DNA from: Candidatus Tenderia sp.
Lineage (GTDB): Bacteria > Pseudomonadota > Gammaproteobacteria > Tenderiales > Tenderiaceae
NCBI GenBank assembly: GCA_031416075.1
Contig: JANOSY010000007.1
Coordinates: forward strand, 1-39,464
DNA length: 39,464 nucleotides
Direction of reading: 5' to 3'
A program made the position numbers and the translations under genes. This document shows, one piece after another, positions 9,084 to 17,906 of the stretch; positions within the stretch are counted from its first letter, which is position 1; each line of letters begins with the position of its first letter. Under the pieces are notes generated by a model. It saw only the letters and a list, made by a program, of their open reading frames with translations. It did not search any database and was not told where the DNA came from.

Positions 9084-9089
9084 TTAATA

Positions 9090-11126
9090 CTACTGGCTGG
9101 CAAAGATCAGAATGCTATTGGCCGGCAGGGTGATCTCACTGGAGTAGGGCAGGCCGTGTTGTGGCAGATTGTTTGCCTCAATGGCACCGTGATTACCAGT
9201 GGCGTTTGGGTTGGGGTAGTGGTCGTAGACATCGCTATTCAGCAGCTCTTGCCACTGCCCGCCGCGGGGCATACCGATAGAGTAGTGGTAGAGGGTATTT
9301 TCGTTGAAGCTGGCAACAATCACCACATCCTGGCCGACCCCCTCGATCCAGCGGTGCCAGGCGATGACCCGATTCTCTTCATGGACATGAAAGAGATTGA
9401 TCGCCTCGCCCCGCAGGGCCGGTTGCTCGCGCCTGACCTTTAACAGTGCCTGTGTGAAACGCAGATGGTTGGCCATGTGTGGGTCTTGTTCCAGCCCCTG
9501 CCACCAGAGGAGGGCGCTGTCGTCGGGGCTGTCACTCCAATATTTATCCTCAAGAAATTCCTGTCCCATAAACATCATGGGGATACCGGGGGCGGTGAGC
9601 AACAGGCCGTTGGCAACACGGGCACGGCTGCGGGCGTACCAGGAGCGTGAGCTGGTGCTGTCGGCAAGTGCGGCGATGCGTGGCTGGCGGTCGTTGTTAT
9701 TCTCTTTGCGTTGCAGGTCGTGGTTTTCCAGATGTTGCACGGCGCGCCAGGCGGCGCTGAAGCCGGCAGGGCGCTGGAGCGCATCGCCCAGGCGGTTCAT
9801 GTCGAGATGGGCGTTTTCACCTTGTGCGGCCTGGGTAAGCAGTGTCCGTACGGCACTGCGCAGGCTGGGATACCAGACGGCGTCAAATCCCGCTCCCCCC
9901 TGCTGGGTATCACGCATGACCCAGGAGGGGTCGTCACGCCAATATTCGGCGATATTGATGGCCTGTGGTTTGATGGATCGCAGGGTATTGGTGAGGTCCT
10001 GTAGGAAGCGCCAGCCATCGGCACCACCGTCATCATCAATAACAGTGATCTGGTCATAGCGGAAGCCATCGACGTGGTATTCGTTGAGGAAGAGTGTGGC
10101 GTTGTCGATCAGAAACTGCCGAACCTCTTTTTTCCCGTAGGCAAATACCAGCCCGCCGGCATGGCCGATGTCGCTGAAATATTGGCTGTCGCTGTTATTG
10201 CCGGTGAAGGCACGATCAAAAAAGTAGATGCTCTGGTCATCATGGCCAAAGCCACCGGCATGGTTGTAGACCGCATCGAGGATGACGGCGATGCCGTACA
10301 GGTGGCAGATATCAATGAGCGCCTTGAGCTGGTTGATCTGTCCATACAGCTGTTTTTCTGTCAACACGGCGGCCCCCTTGGCTGACAGCAGGGCATTGAT
10401 TTTGGTGAGGTAGGGGGCCAGATCGTGGGGTTCGACGGCGTAGTCCATCTCGGGTGAAAAGAGATCGGTACCGTTGTAGCCGAGGCTGTAGGGACCCTGA
10501 AACTCCGCAATGGGCAGCGGCTGAATGGCGTTTATACCAAGGGTTTGCAGGTATTCGATGCGGTCGAGCAGGTCGAGAAATTTACCCACCCGGTCTAGGC
10601 GGGCATCACTGCCGTCGTCATGGGTGGCGTAAAAACGGCCAATGTGGAGCTGGTAGATCACCAGATCGTTAAAGGCGGGGGTGCGGTAATTCTGGTCGTG
10701 CCAGGGGTAGCTGTTGCTGTCGCGCACAATGCAGTCACAATCGGGGTAGCCATAAAACTCCAGCTCACGGGCGTAAGGGTCACGTTTATAGGGCTGCTCA
10801 CCCCGACCGGCAATGTAGAAGCGGTAGTGGTCACCATCCACCACGCCGGGCATAAAGCCGGTCCAGGTATCGTCGCTGTGGCGTAGCAGCTGGGTGGCGG
10901 CGCTGGCTGTCCAGGGGGTATCGATCGTACTGTTTTTATTGAAGAGATGGAGATGGACGGCGATCCCTTTATTGGGTGCCCAGACCCTGAAGGTTGCGCC
11001 ATTGGCGGTGAGCGTGGCCCCCATGGGCGTGTCGCTGGTGATCTGCTCCTGAGTGATGGCGGGGCGCGGTGCCGAGACGGTGGGTTTTTTGGGGGCTGTT
11101 TTAGTGTTTTTGAGTTTGGAACTCAT
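9090..11126 (-). CDS. GH13 alpha-amylase family protein (branching enzyme / trehalohydrolase-like, CBM48-type N-terminus)
   Basis: ATFRVWAP, DPYAR, LDAVYNH, DGFRYD, IAEYW, ENHD, PGIPMMFMGQEF. Confidence 0.88.
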   Translation of the reverse strand: MSSKLKNTKTAPKKPTVSAPRPAITQEQITSDTPMGATLTANGATFRVWAPNKGIAVHLHLFNKNSTIDTPWTASAATQLLRHSDDTWTGFMPGVVDGDHYRFYIAGRGEQPYKRDPYARELEFYGYPDCDCIVRDSNSYPWHDQNYRTPAFNDLVIYQLHIGRFYATHDDGSDARLDRVGKFLDLLDRIEYLQTLGINAIQPLPIAEFQGPYSLGYNGTDLFSPEMDYAVEPHDLAPYLTKINALLSAKGAAVLTEKQLYGQINQLKALIDICHLYGIAVILDAVYNHAGGFGHDDQSIYFFDRAFTGNNSDSQYFSDIGHAGGLVFAYGKKEVRQFLIDNATLFLNEYHVDGFRYDQITVIDDDGGADGWRFLQDLTNTLRSIKPQAINIAEYWRDDPSWVMRDTQQGGAGFDAVWYPSLRSAVRTLLTQAAQGENAHLDMNRLGDALQRPAGFSAAWRAVQHLENHDLQRKENNNDRQPRIAALADSTSSRSWYARSRARVANGLLLTAPGIPMMFMGQEFLEDKYWSDSPDDSALLWWQGLEQDPHMANHLRFTQALLKVRREQPALRGEAINLFHVHEENRVIAWHRWIEGVGQDVVIVASFNENTLYHYSIGMPRGGQWQELLNSDVYDHYPNPNATGNHGAIEANNLPQHGLPYSSEITLPANSILIFASQ

Positions 11127-11202
11127 GGCTGATCTCCTTCATTGAGAGGGTGGGTCCCATAAAGGTAGTTCAGGATTGGATTTTATCAACGTTAAAGGGT
11201 GT

Positions 11203-11229
11203 GGCAACTCACCCTCTGGGTGAGTTGCC
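11203..11229 (-). terminator. Hairpin downstream of the diheme cytochrome c gene
   Basis: GGCAACTCACCC-TCT-GGGTGAGTTGCC, perfect 12-bp stem. Confidence 0.6.
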
Positions 11230-11245
11230 TGTCGGTCAGGGGCGG

Positions 11246-11797
11246 TTACCAGGTGCCGTGTTCGGGAATGACCACGGTATCATCATCAAAACTGCCACTA
11301 TCAGCCTTCATGTGGCACTTGTTGCACTGGCTCAGGGATTTTACCTTGGGTTGTGTGATGAGCTTTGCCGGTATCTCTTCATGTCTGTTTTTAATGTAGG
11401 CAACCTCGGTAATGCGTAGTGGGGTGGCACCGTTGAGTGACCCCATGATCTTTTTGGAGCGTTTACGGCTCGACTTGTCGGCAGAGTTGGCCACCAGCAG
11501 CGTTAATATATGGCTGCGGGTCTGCTCGTCCAGCTCGGCATTTTCACCAAAGTGGTCTGACAACGCCTTGGCATCCATCAGCTTGCGCCACGAACCCTCC
11601 GGCAGCAGGCCGGGCTGATAGGCAAAGTGGCAGGCACCACACTCCTTGTTGTAGGTGGTATCGCTGACAGGCATTACCTCTTTTTTACGCTCCAGCGAGA
11701 AGTAGGAGAAAAAGCCGCTTTCGGCGGCTTGGCCGGTGGAGACTACGCCAACCATCAGGATGGCGGCCAGGGTGAATAGGGTGGTCGCTCTTTTCAT
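11246..11797 (-). CDS. Diheme cytochrome c (DHC family)
   Basis: Signal peptide; ECGACHFAYQPGLLP..SW, HFGENA, LRITE, CNKCH. Confidence 0.9.
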   Translation of the reverse strand: MKRATTLFTLAAILMVGVVSTGQAAESGFFSYFSLERKKEVMPVSDTTYNKECGACHFAYQPGLLPEGSWRKLMDAKALSDHFGENAELDEQTRSHILTLLVANSADKSSRKRSKKIMGSLNGATPLRITEVAYIKNRHEEIPAKLITQPKVKSLSQCNKCHMKADSGSFDDDTVVIPEHGTW

Positions 11798-11840
11798 AGT
11801 GTCCTCGTCTTACGATATAGGGAACTGGAAGGGGGGGTGA

Positions 11841-12416
11841 TTACCAGTTCATTTTGATGCCGATAGCCATAGCAATGGCACCAATGCCACCCACTCCGGC
11901 GTGGCCGCTGTCGGGGGCGGCGCTGACGGCCGCGAGATAGCCGAGGGTACCCGCCGTGGTGAGCATGACGTGTAGGTTGTCCGGATCTTTGGCACCATCA
12001 CTCAGGTTAAAGTCATCCCAGTGGAAGAGCATGCCAGTGATTACAGCGGCGACACCGAGTCCGGCCGCTGTTTTGGCAAGGGTTTCATGGGTGCTGCTTT
12101 CGGCCTCGTTAGTGACGGGATCAACTCCGGGCTTGGGGGCCAGCACAGTGGCACCTGCGGCGAGAATAGAGCCTATCCCCAAGTATTGGTGGACTTTGTT
12201 GGCGGTAAAATAACGCTCTTCGTAAACCGGGGTCTCCACTTTGGTGGTGGTTATGGTGGCGTGTCCGGTATCGGCTGTTTCCGCGCTGGCCAGGTAGAGG
12301 GTGGCGCGGTTATTGAGTGAGTAGTCACCCCAGAGGCTGGCGGTTGTTAGTTCGTTTTGGGCAACTGCCTGGGTGGTGCCGCAGAGTGATAATACAACTA
12401 TCATCCAGTGTCGCAT
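11841..12416 (-). CDS. Hypothetical membrane protein with His-led hydrophobic helices
   Basis: AAGGA RBS before MRHW; signal peptide; four hydrophobic segments, each beginning with His. Confidence 0.75.
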   Translation of the reverse strand: MRHWMIVVLSLCGTTQAVAQNELTTASLWGDYSLNNRATLYLASAETADTGHATITTTKVETPVYEERYFTANKVHQYLGIGSILAAGATVLAPKPGVDPVTNEAESSTHETLAKTAAGLGVAAVITGMLFHWDDFNLSDGAKDPDNLHVMLTTAGTLGYLAAVSAAPDSGHAGVGGIGAIAMAIGIKMNW

Positions 12417-12553
12417 GGTTATTTCCTTGTTTTTTAGGTGGTTGCGTTGTGTGTTAGGGATGGCCAGTACCCCCTGCCAGTACACTCGGTGAGTGTAGTT
12501 CAACATAACGTCCGGTAGGGTATAAGCGATTTCTTAAAAAAAGATTAATGGCA

Positions 12554-13237
12554 TTAAAAGAGATTGTCACGGACCCTGAACCAGCCGGCAATGCTGGCGC
12601 GTGGCCGTTGGGTGATGGCCACGGCGTGGGGAATCTCTTCACTGACAAAACAGACGAGGGTGCCGGCTTCGGGCAGGATGCGCTGGTAGATCTCATTGTC
12701 ATCATTGAACAGCAGCAGCTCGCCCCCTTCCCCTGGCTGCCAGTGTTCGTTCAGGTAGGCGACGATGGTGATACGACGCAGGTTGTTATTCTGAAAACTA
12801 TCAATGTGTTGGCTGTAACCTGTGCCGGGGGGGTAGAGGGCAAAGTGTGCCTCCAGATCATTTAATCCAAGAAAGAGCTGGCTGTTCAACGCTTGGCGTA
12901 ATAGCTCCATCTGTGCCAGAAAATCCTGTTGTGCCGGGCTTTCGCCATTGAGCCAGCGGGTTTCATCCCCACGAATATCACTACGCAGGGTGCGCTGTTC
13001 GCCCTTGCCGATATGGGCGGCCTGGAGCCGGTTATGTTCGGCATGTTCCATTAATTCTGTGTGCAAGAGGGTGATTAAATGGCCGGGGAAAAAATGGGGG
13101 ATGGCGCTCCAGCCCTGGGCGATCAGGTCGTCACAGACGAGGGTGACGGGTGAGGTATCCGTGGGGAGGGCGAGGGCGGCGGTGTGCATGAACGCATTGA
13201 TCAGAAAACCACCAATTGTGGTGGCGCGAGTATGCAA
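12554..13237 (-). CDS. 2OG-Fe(II) oxygenase, prolyl-hydroxylase (SM-20/EGLN/PPHD)-like; start uncertain
   Basis: IRGD, HID, YLN..W...GGEL, PHAV, RASIAGWF. Confidence 0.88.
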   Translation of the reverse strand: MHTRATTIGGFLINAFMHTAALALPTDTSPVTLVCDDLIAQGWSAIPHFFPGHLITLLHTELMEHAEHNRLQAAHIGKGEQRTLRSDIRGDETRWLNGESPAQQDFLAQMELLRQALNSQLFLGLNDLEAHFALYPPGTGYSQHIDSFQNNNLRRITIVAYLNEHWQPGEGGELLLFNDDNEIYQRILPEAGTLVCFVSEEIPHAVAITQRPRASIAGWFRVRDNLF

Positions 13238-13266
13238 TGTTTCGGGTGGCTATCCAAGCGTAGACT

Positions 13267-13518
13267 TTAGTGCGGGTGTTCTTTTATTTTGGCCCGAATC
13301 TCGGCTTTGGCTTTGGCGGAGAGGGTCTGTTCATGTTGTGCTTCGATGTGGGCGTCGAGGCTGGGGGCGATGCGGTGCAAAAAACGCAGCTGGTGGGCGT
13401 AGTTACGGCAGAGATGGCACATCAATAGATGCAGCTTTAACCCCAGCTGCTGGCGTAGGGTGAGCTTGTGCTCCAAGCTGTGGGAGATCAGGTCAGTGGT
13501 CTGTTTGCAATTCAGCAT
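13267..13518 (-). CDS. Zinc-finger (zf-HC2) anti-sigma factor
   Basis: MLNCK...HLLMCHLC motif; immediately after the ECF sigma. Confidence 0.88.
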   Translation of the reverse strand: MLNCKQTTDLISHSLEHKLTLRQQLGLKLHLLMCHLCRNYAHQLRFLHRIAPSLDAHIEAQHEQTLSAKAKAEIRAKIKEHPH

Positions 13519-13521
13519 ATT

Positions 13522-14094
13522 TTATTTGGCCCCATCTCCAAACCAGTTCAGCTCCAGACATTGGCGCAGGCGCATCCGCATCCGCGATAACATCGTCCAG
13601 AGATTGTTAGTCGAGGAGAGGGCCATTTCCTGACAGATGGCTTCACTCTCCAGGCCATCTATTTCGCGCAGGATAAACAGGGTGGCCATGCGTGGTGGCA
13701 GACGGTTGACACAGTCGTTCAGTGTGCGCCAGAACTGTTCGTTGTCCAGGGCGTTGTCCGGATTGGACCAGCGCCCTACTTTGATCTGCCAGTGGCCGCT
13801 GTCATCAAAGCAGGCCTCCTCCATCTCATCAAAGGGTTGCGACGCTTCATTGTGGGGTCGTTCGCGGATTGTTATACGCAGATGGTCGATGATTTTGTGT
13901 TTGAGTATGCCGATCAGCCAGGTTTTTTCAACCGAGTTGCCGGCAAAGCGGTCGCGGCCCTGAAGCGCAGCCAGAAAGGTCTCCTGCACCATCTCTTCAG
14001 CAGCCATGGGGTCGCGCAACCGGAACAGCGCGTGCCGGTAGAGTGCATCGCCGTAGAGGTCGGGCCAGAGATTGGGGTCTGTGAGTGTGGGCAT
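13522..14094 (-). CDS. ECF sigma-70 factor
   Basis: AEEMVQETFLAA, TWLIGILKHKIID, F.LREIDG....IC, LWTMLSR.R..LR.CL. Confidence 0.93.
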   Translation of the reverse strand: MPTLTDPNLWPDLYGDALYRHALFRLRDPMAAEEMVQETFLAALQGRDRFAGNSVEKTWLIGILKHKIIDHLRITIRERPHNEASQPFDEMEEACFDDSGHWQIKVGRWSNPDNALDNEQFWRTLNDCVNRLPPRMATLFILREIDGLESEAICQEMALSSTNNLWTMLSRMRMRLRQCLELNWFGDGAK

Positions 14095-14249
14095 GGGGAG
14101 CCATCATATAGTTAATAGATCACTTTTTGAACACAAACATCCACATTGTTGCCCCGCCGGTCACTCCTTGAGCGAGGTATTACGGCGTAGAGAATGTGGT
14201 ACAGTGCCAACAGCAAATTAGGCGATAACTCTGATTGAAGTAAGTTTCC

Positions 14250-16088
14250 ATGTCTAAACCTGTAACCATCTTTATCTCTCTGTTGCTGCTCCTGGCGGGC
14301 TGTTCAAATAACTTTGAACCGTTGCGCGGGACGGCGCTGAATGTTGATCCCCCAGCGCCAGTTGTGCCGCCCACTAAGGTGTTGGTAGTGGGCGATGCCA
14401 ACTCCCCCAAACTTGCCGACTTCCTGCGGGAACGGAACATGGAGGTGCTGGATGTCCCGTATTACCGCTTTGCGGCCTCGGATGATATGAAGATCGCCGG
14501 TGATTACATCGTCTGGAGCGATAATCGCAACGGTATTGATGAAGGGGATCTTGATATCTATGCCTATCAGATATCCACCAATACCGAGTTTGTGGTGGCA
14601 AAAGCGGCGGGCAAGCAGTGGCAACCGGCCATCGCGGGGGACTACATTGTCTGGGAAGATTACCGCAATGGTAATGCCGATATTTATGGATATCAGATAT
14701 CCACCAAAAAAACCTTTGTGATCACACAGCAGCCGCAGAACCAGCTTGCGCCACAGACCGATGGCATCAATGTGGTCTGGTACGATCAGCGCGGCGGCTC
14801 GGCAGATGTCTACCGTTTCCAGCTGGCGGATGCGGGGGGCGCGGTCTACCCGGTGGAGACAGGCGTCGGGGATCAGTGGTATCCGCAGGTCTCGGGGGAT
14901 TTTATTGTCTGGCAGGATTACCAGAACGGCTATAACGATATCTACCGTTACCAGATCGCTACCGGAATTAAAAAAAATCTCACCAGCGGCACCGCCACCA
15001 GCAGCCAGTATCAGCCGCAGCTCAGTGGCGACTATGTGGTGTGGCTGGATAACCGCAACGGCGTGGATGATGATATCTACGCCTATCGGCTCTCCAGCGA
15101 TACCCTGATTAATGTGGCGTTGCAGCCCGGCCAACAGCGCCATCAACGCATGTCGGGCAATCGGGTGGTCTGGCAGGATAACCGCAACGGTAACTTTGAT
15201 ATTTATAGTTACGACTTTTCAACCGCTACAGAGACACGTCTGACCAGTGATAATAAAGATCAGACGCTGCCTCAAATCTCCGGCGATCTGGTCACCTGGC
15301 AGGATCTGCGGAATGGCCACTATGATATCTACGCATACTCCTTTGCCACCGCCAGCGAACAGCGTGTTACCAGTGACATCACCGACCAGACCCGTCCACA
15401 AGTGAGCAATGGCCGGTTGGCCTGGCTCGACCTGCGCCGCGGTGTGGTTGACGTGTACTGGAGTGGAGATATGGGTGCCACATTGGCATTGGCCACCAAT
15501 ACCTGGCTGACACCGGTGGGGGCGGCAGGGGATCTTGCTAAATATGAGGTGGTGGTGCTGGCCAATGACTTTGTCTCGCCGGCGGCGATGCTCAATCTTT
15601 ACGATGCCGCCATAGCTGCCGGTATCGGTGTGGTTGGGTTGGGGGGGACGGGGCAGTCACTGGCGAGAACCCTGGCGGAAGCGACACCGAAACGTCACGG
15701 CATATCGGTCACCCCCGCCAGCGGCTGTGGACCCATGGAGATGAGTGCTGTGCCGCTGCAGACCATCAACCATCCACTTTTTGCCAACATTAATATCGAC
15801 TTTCTGGTGCGGCTGGAGGAGGACGCTGCGGTCACCCGGGATGAGCTGGCAATCACAACCGATCCCGCCGCCAGCGATAGCCCCGCCTCATGGGTTGTCC
15901 AGGGGATCTTCAGTAATCAGATGTGTAACGTGGGGAGTAACGCTCTGGTTGAGTTCACCGTGGGTAAAAGCAAGGTTATTCTGGATGGCAGCGCCACCAT
16001 GGCCGATGGTTACTTTTACTGGAGCGGTGACCGCCTGGATCTCCTCAGCAACGATGTGACCTACGTTAAACCGGTGAAAAGTAAATAG
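14250..16088 (+). CDS. Lipoprotein with 8 Methanosarcina-type beta-propeller repeats
   Basis: Lipobox LAGC; eight ~40-aa repeats P.I.G..VVW.D.RNG..DIY.Y. Confidence 0.85.
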   Translation: MSKPVTIFISLLLLLAGCSNNFEPLRGTALNVDPPAPVVPPTKVLVVGDANSPKLADFLRERNMEVLDVPYYRFAASDDMKIAGDYIVWSDNRNGIDEGDLDIYAYQISTNTEFVVAKAAGKQWQPAIAGDYIVWEDYRNGNADIYGYQISTKKTFVITQQPQNQLAPQTDGINVVWYDQRGGSADVYRFQLADAGGAVYPVETGVGDQWYPQVSGDFIVWQDYQNGYNDIYRYQIATGIKKNLTSGTATSSQYQPQLSGDYVVWLDNRNGVDDDIYAYRLSSDTLINVALQPGQQRHQRMSGNRVVWQDNRNGNFDIYSYDFSTATETRLTSDNKDQTLPQISGDLVTWQDLRNGHYDIYAYSFATASEQRVTSDITDQTRPQVSNGRLAWLDLRRGVVDVYWSGDMGATLALATNTWLTPVGAAGDLAKYEVVVLANDFVSPAAMLNLYDAAIAAGIGVVGLGGTGQSLARTLAEATPKRHGISVTPASGCGPMEMSAVPLQTINHPLFANINIDFLVRLEEDAAVTRDELAITTDPAASDSPASWVVQGIFSNQMCNVGSNALVEFTVGKSKVILDGSATMADGYFYWSGDRLDLLSNDVTYVKPVKSK

Positions 16089-16097
16089 GGCAGGTAG

Positions 16098-16583
16098 ATG
16101 AACATACTCATTCTTTGTACCGGTAACTCCTGCCGGTCGATCCTGGCGGAAGCCACCTTTAACCACCTTGCCCCGGCCGGTTGGCACGCCATCAGTGCTG
16201 GTAGCAGACCCACAGGCCAGGTCCATCCGCGCTCCCTGGCGCTGCTGGCGCGGGAGGGCATCTCAACCGCAGGCCTGCACAGCAAGTCGTGGCAAGGTCT
16301 GCCGGTCATCCCTGATATTGTCATTACTGTGTGTGCCAGTGCCGCTGGCGAAAGTTGCCCGGCTTACCTCGGCCCCGCCATCCGCAGCCACTGGGGGGTG
16401 GAGGATCCGGCCCACGCCACCGGCAGTGATGCCGAGATCGACGCCGCGTTTATGGCCGCCTACCGTATTCTACGTGCCCGTATCGAGGCGTTTCTAGTAC
16501 TGCCGCTGGTGGTGTTAAAGGATGATCCTGTGCAGATGAAGTCGGCGTTGGACCGCATTGGTACATTTTTTGGTGAGACGTGA
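16098..16583 (+). CDS. arsC: Thioredoxin-type arsenate reductase / LMW-PTP family
   Basis: CTGNSCRS, ITVC..A.GESCP, HWG..DP. Confidence 0.85.
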   Translation: MNILILCTGNSCRSILAEATFNHLAPAGWHAISAGSRPTGQVHPRSLALLAREGISTAGLHSKSWQGLPVIPDIVITVCASAAGESCPAYLGPAIRSHWGVEDPAHATGSDAEIDAAFMAAYRILRARIEAFLVLPLVVLKDDPVQMKSALDRIGTFFGET

Positions 16584-16713
16584 TTTGAGGATAGTTGTAT
16601 CTCCTGATGGATGAGGTTGTGTTCAGAAGTCTGCATGAGCATTGAGTGACTTTGGGCCAGAGTTGCTAGGTCTCTAAATATTGATCAGCTAACAGCTAAC
16701 AGGGAAGGGGCGT

Positions 16714-17859
16714 GTGATGAAAGGAATCATTATCGGGGCTGGAATAGGTGGGTTGGCCACTGCAATTGCGCTACAGATGCGTCAGATAGAGGTCAACATA
16801 TTCGAGGCGGCAACATGTTTGAATCCGATAGGTGCCGGTATTCTTGTGCCCCCTAACGCTATGGCCATGCTCGATAGGTATGGTCTTGTGCAGCGGGTAC
16901 ACGATGAGGGTATTGCCATCGAATCGTTAGTTATTTTGGATTTGAATGGTAAAAACATCTCAAAGACTCGCGCTTGTTATTCAAAAAATGGCACTGTTTA
17001 TCGAACGGTGGCTATGCACAGAGCGGCTTTGCAAAAGATTTTTTTGGAGGCGGTGGCCCCAGGTACGGTGTTGACCAATAGACGCTGTGTTGGGCTGCAT
17101 GTGGATGCAGGGGCTGCTGAAGCGATGTTTAGTGATGGCACTTCAGCTAACGGTCAGTTTCTGGTGGGGGCGGACGGTATCCATTCAGCAGTTCGGAACG
17201 CTCTTTTTCCTGATAGCACGTTACGTTATTCCGGACAGACTTGCTGGCGAGGTGTGTCGAACATCACATTACCAACAAAATGGCTGACACAGTTGACGGA
17301 GGTTTGGGGGGTTGGTTTGCGTTTTGGTTGTGTACCAATTACACAAACGCAGGTGTATTGGTATGCAACCAAACGAGCGGCAGCAGGGGGTGTAGATAAC
17401 CCCGCAGATATTAGGCAGATACTGGCTGAGTTGTATGGAGCGTTTCCGGGGCCAGTGAACGATATTATTTTGCACACTGAGCCGTCTGCCATTATTCGTG
17501 ATGATATTAGTGATCTTAACCCCCTGAAGTCGTGGTCTGCTGGTGCTGCGATACTGGTTGGTGATGCCGCTCACGCATGTACGCCCAACCTAGGGCAGGG
17601 TGGTGCTCAGGCGATTGAGGACTCTTGGGTATTGGCTGAAAAAATTGCGCACTGTGAAACGCTCCCGCGAGCCTTTGAGCATTTTCAGGCGTTACGGTTT
17701 GCCAAAGTTCAAAAGATCGTGAATGTTTCATGGCAGGTTGGGCGTGCCACAAATCTATCTAACAGTATTATCTGTCAATTGCGTAACGCGCTGTTTCGTT
17801 CAGTGCCGTCGTTTATAGCGGAGCGACAGTCTCGTGCTCTGTATGAGGTTGTCTATTAA
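16714..17859 (+). CDS. FAD-dependent monooxygenase (aromatic hydroxylase family)
   Basis: GAGIGGL, GADGIHS.VR, GDAAHA.TPNLGQGG.QAIED. Confidence 0.92.
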   Translation: MMKGIIIGAGIGGLATAIALQMRQIEVNIFEAATCLNPIGAGILVPPNAMAMLDRYGLVQRVHDEGIAIESLVILDLNGKNISKTRACYSKNGTVYRTVAMHRAALQKIFLEAVAPGTVLTNRRCVGLHVDAGAAEAMFSDGTSANGQFLVGADGIHSAVRNALFPDSTLRYSGQTCWRGVSNITLPTKWLTQLTEVWGVGLRFGCVPITQTQVYWYATKRAAAGGVDNPADIRQILAELYGAFPGPVNDIILHTEPSAIIRDDISDLNPLKSWSAGAAILVGDAAHACTPNLGQGGAQAIEDSWVLAEKIAHCETLPRAFEHFQALRFAKVQKIVNVSWQVGRATNLSNSIICQLRNALFRSVPSFIAERQSRALYEVVY

Positions 17860-17906
17860 TCTTTGCCATTGCAACTGACGTGCTAATAATTAGTATGGCC
17901 GTTCAG

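Noticed and set aside
14480-15465. Recurrent DNA motifs suggesting a CRISPR or tandem array
   Set aside because: They are degenerate protein-coding propeller repeats, not identical repeats with spacers
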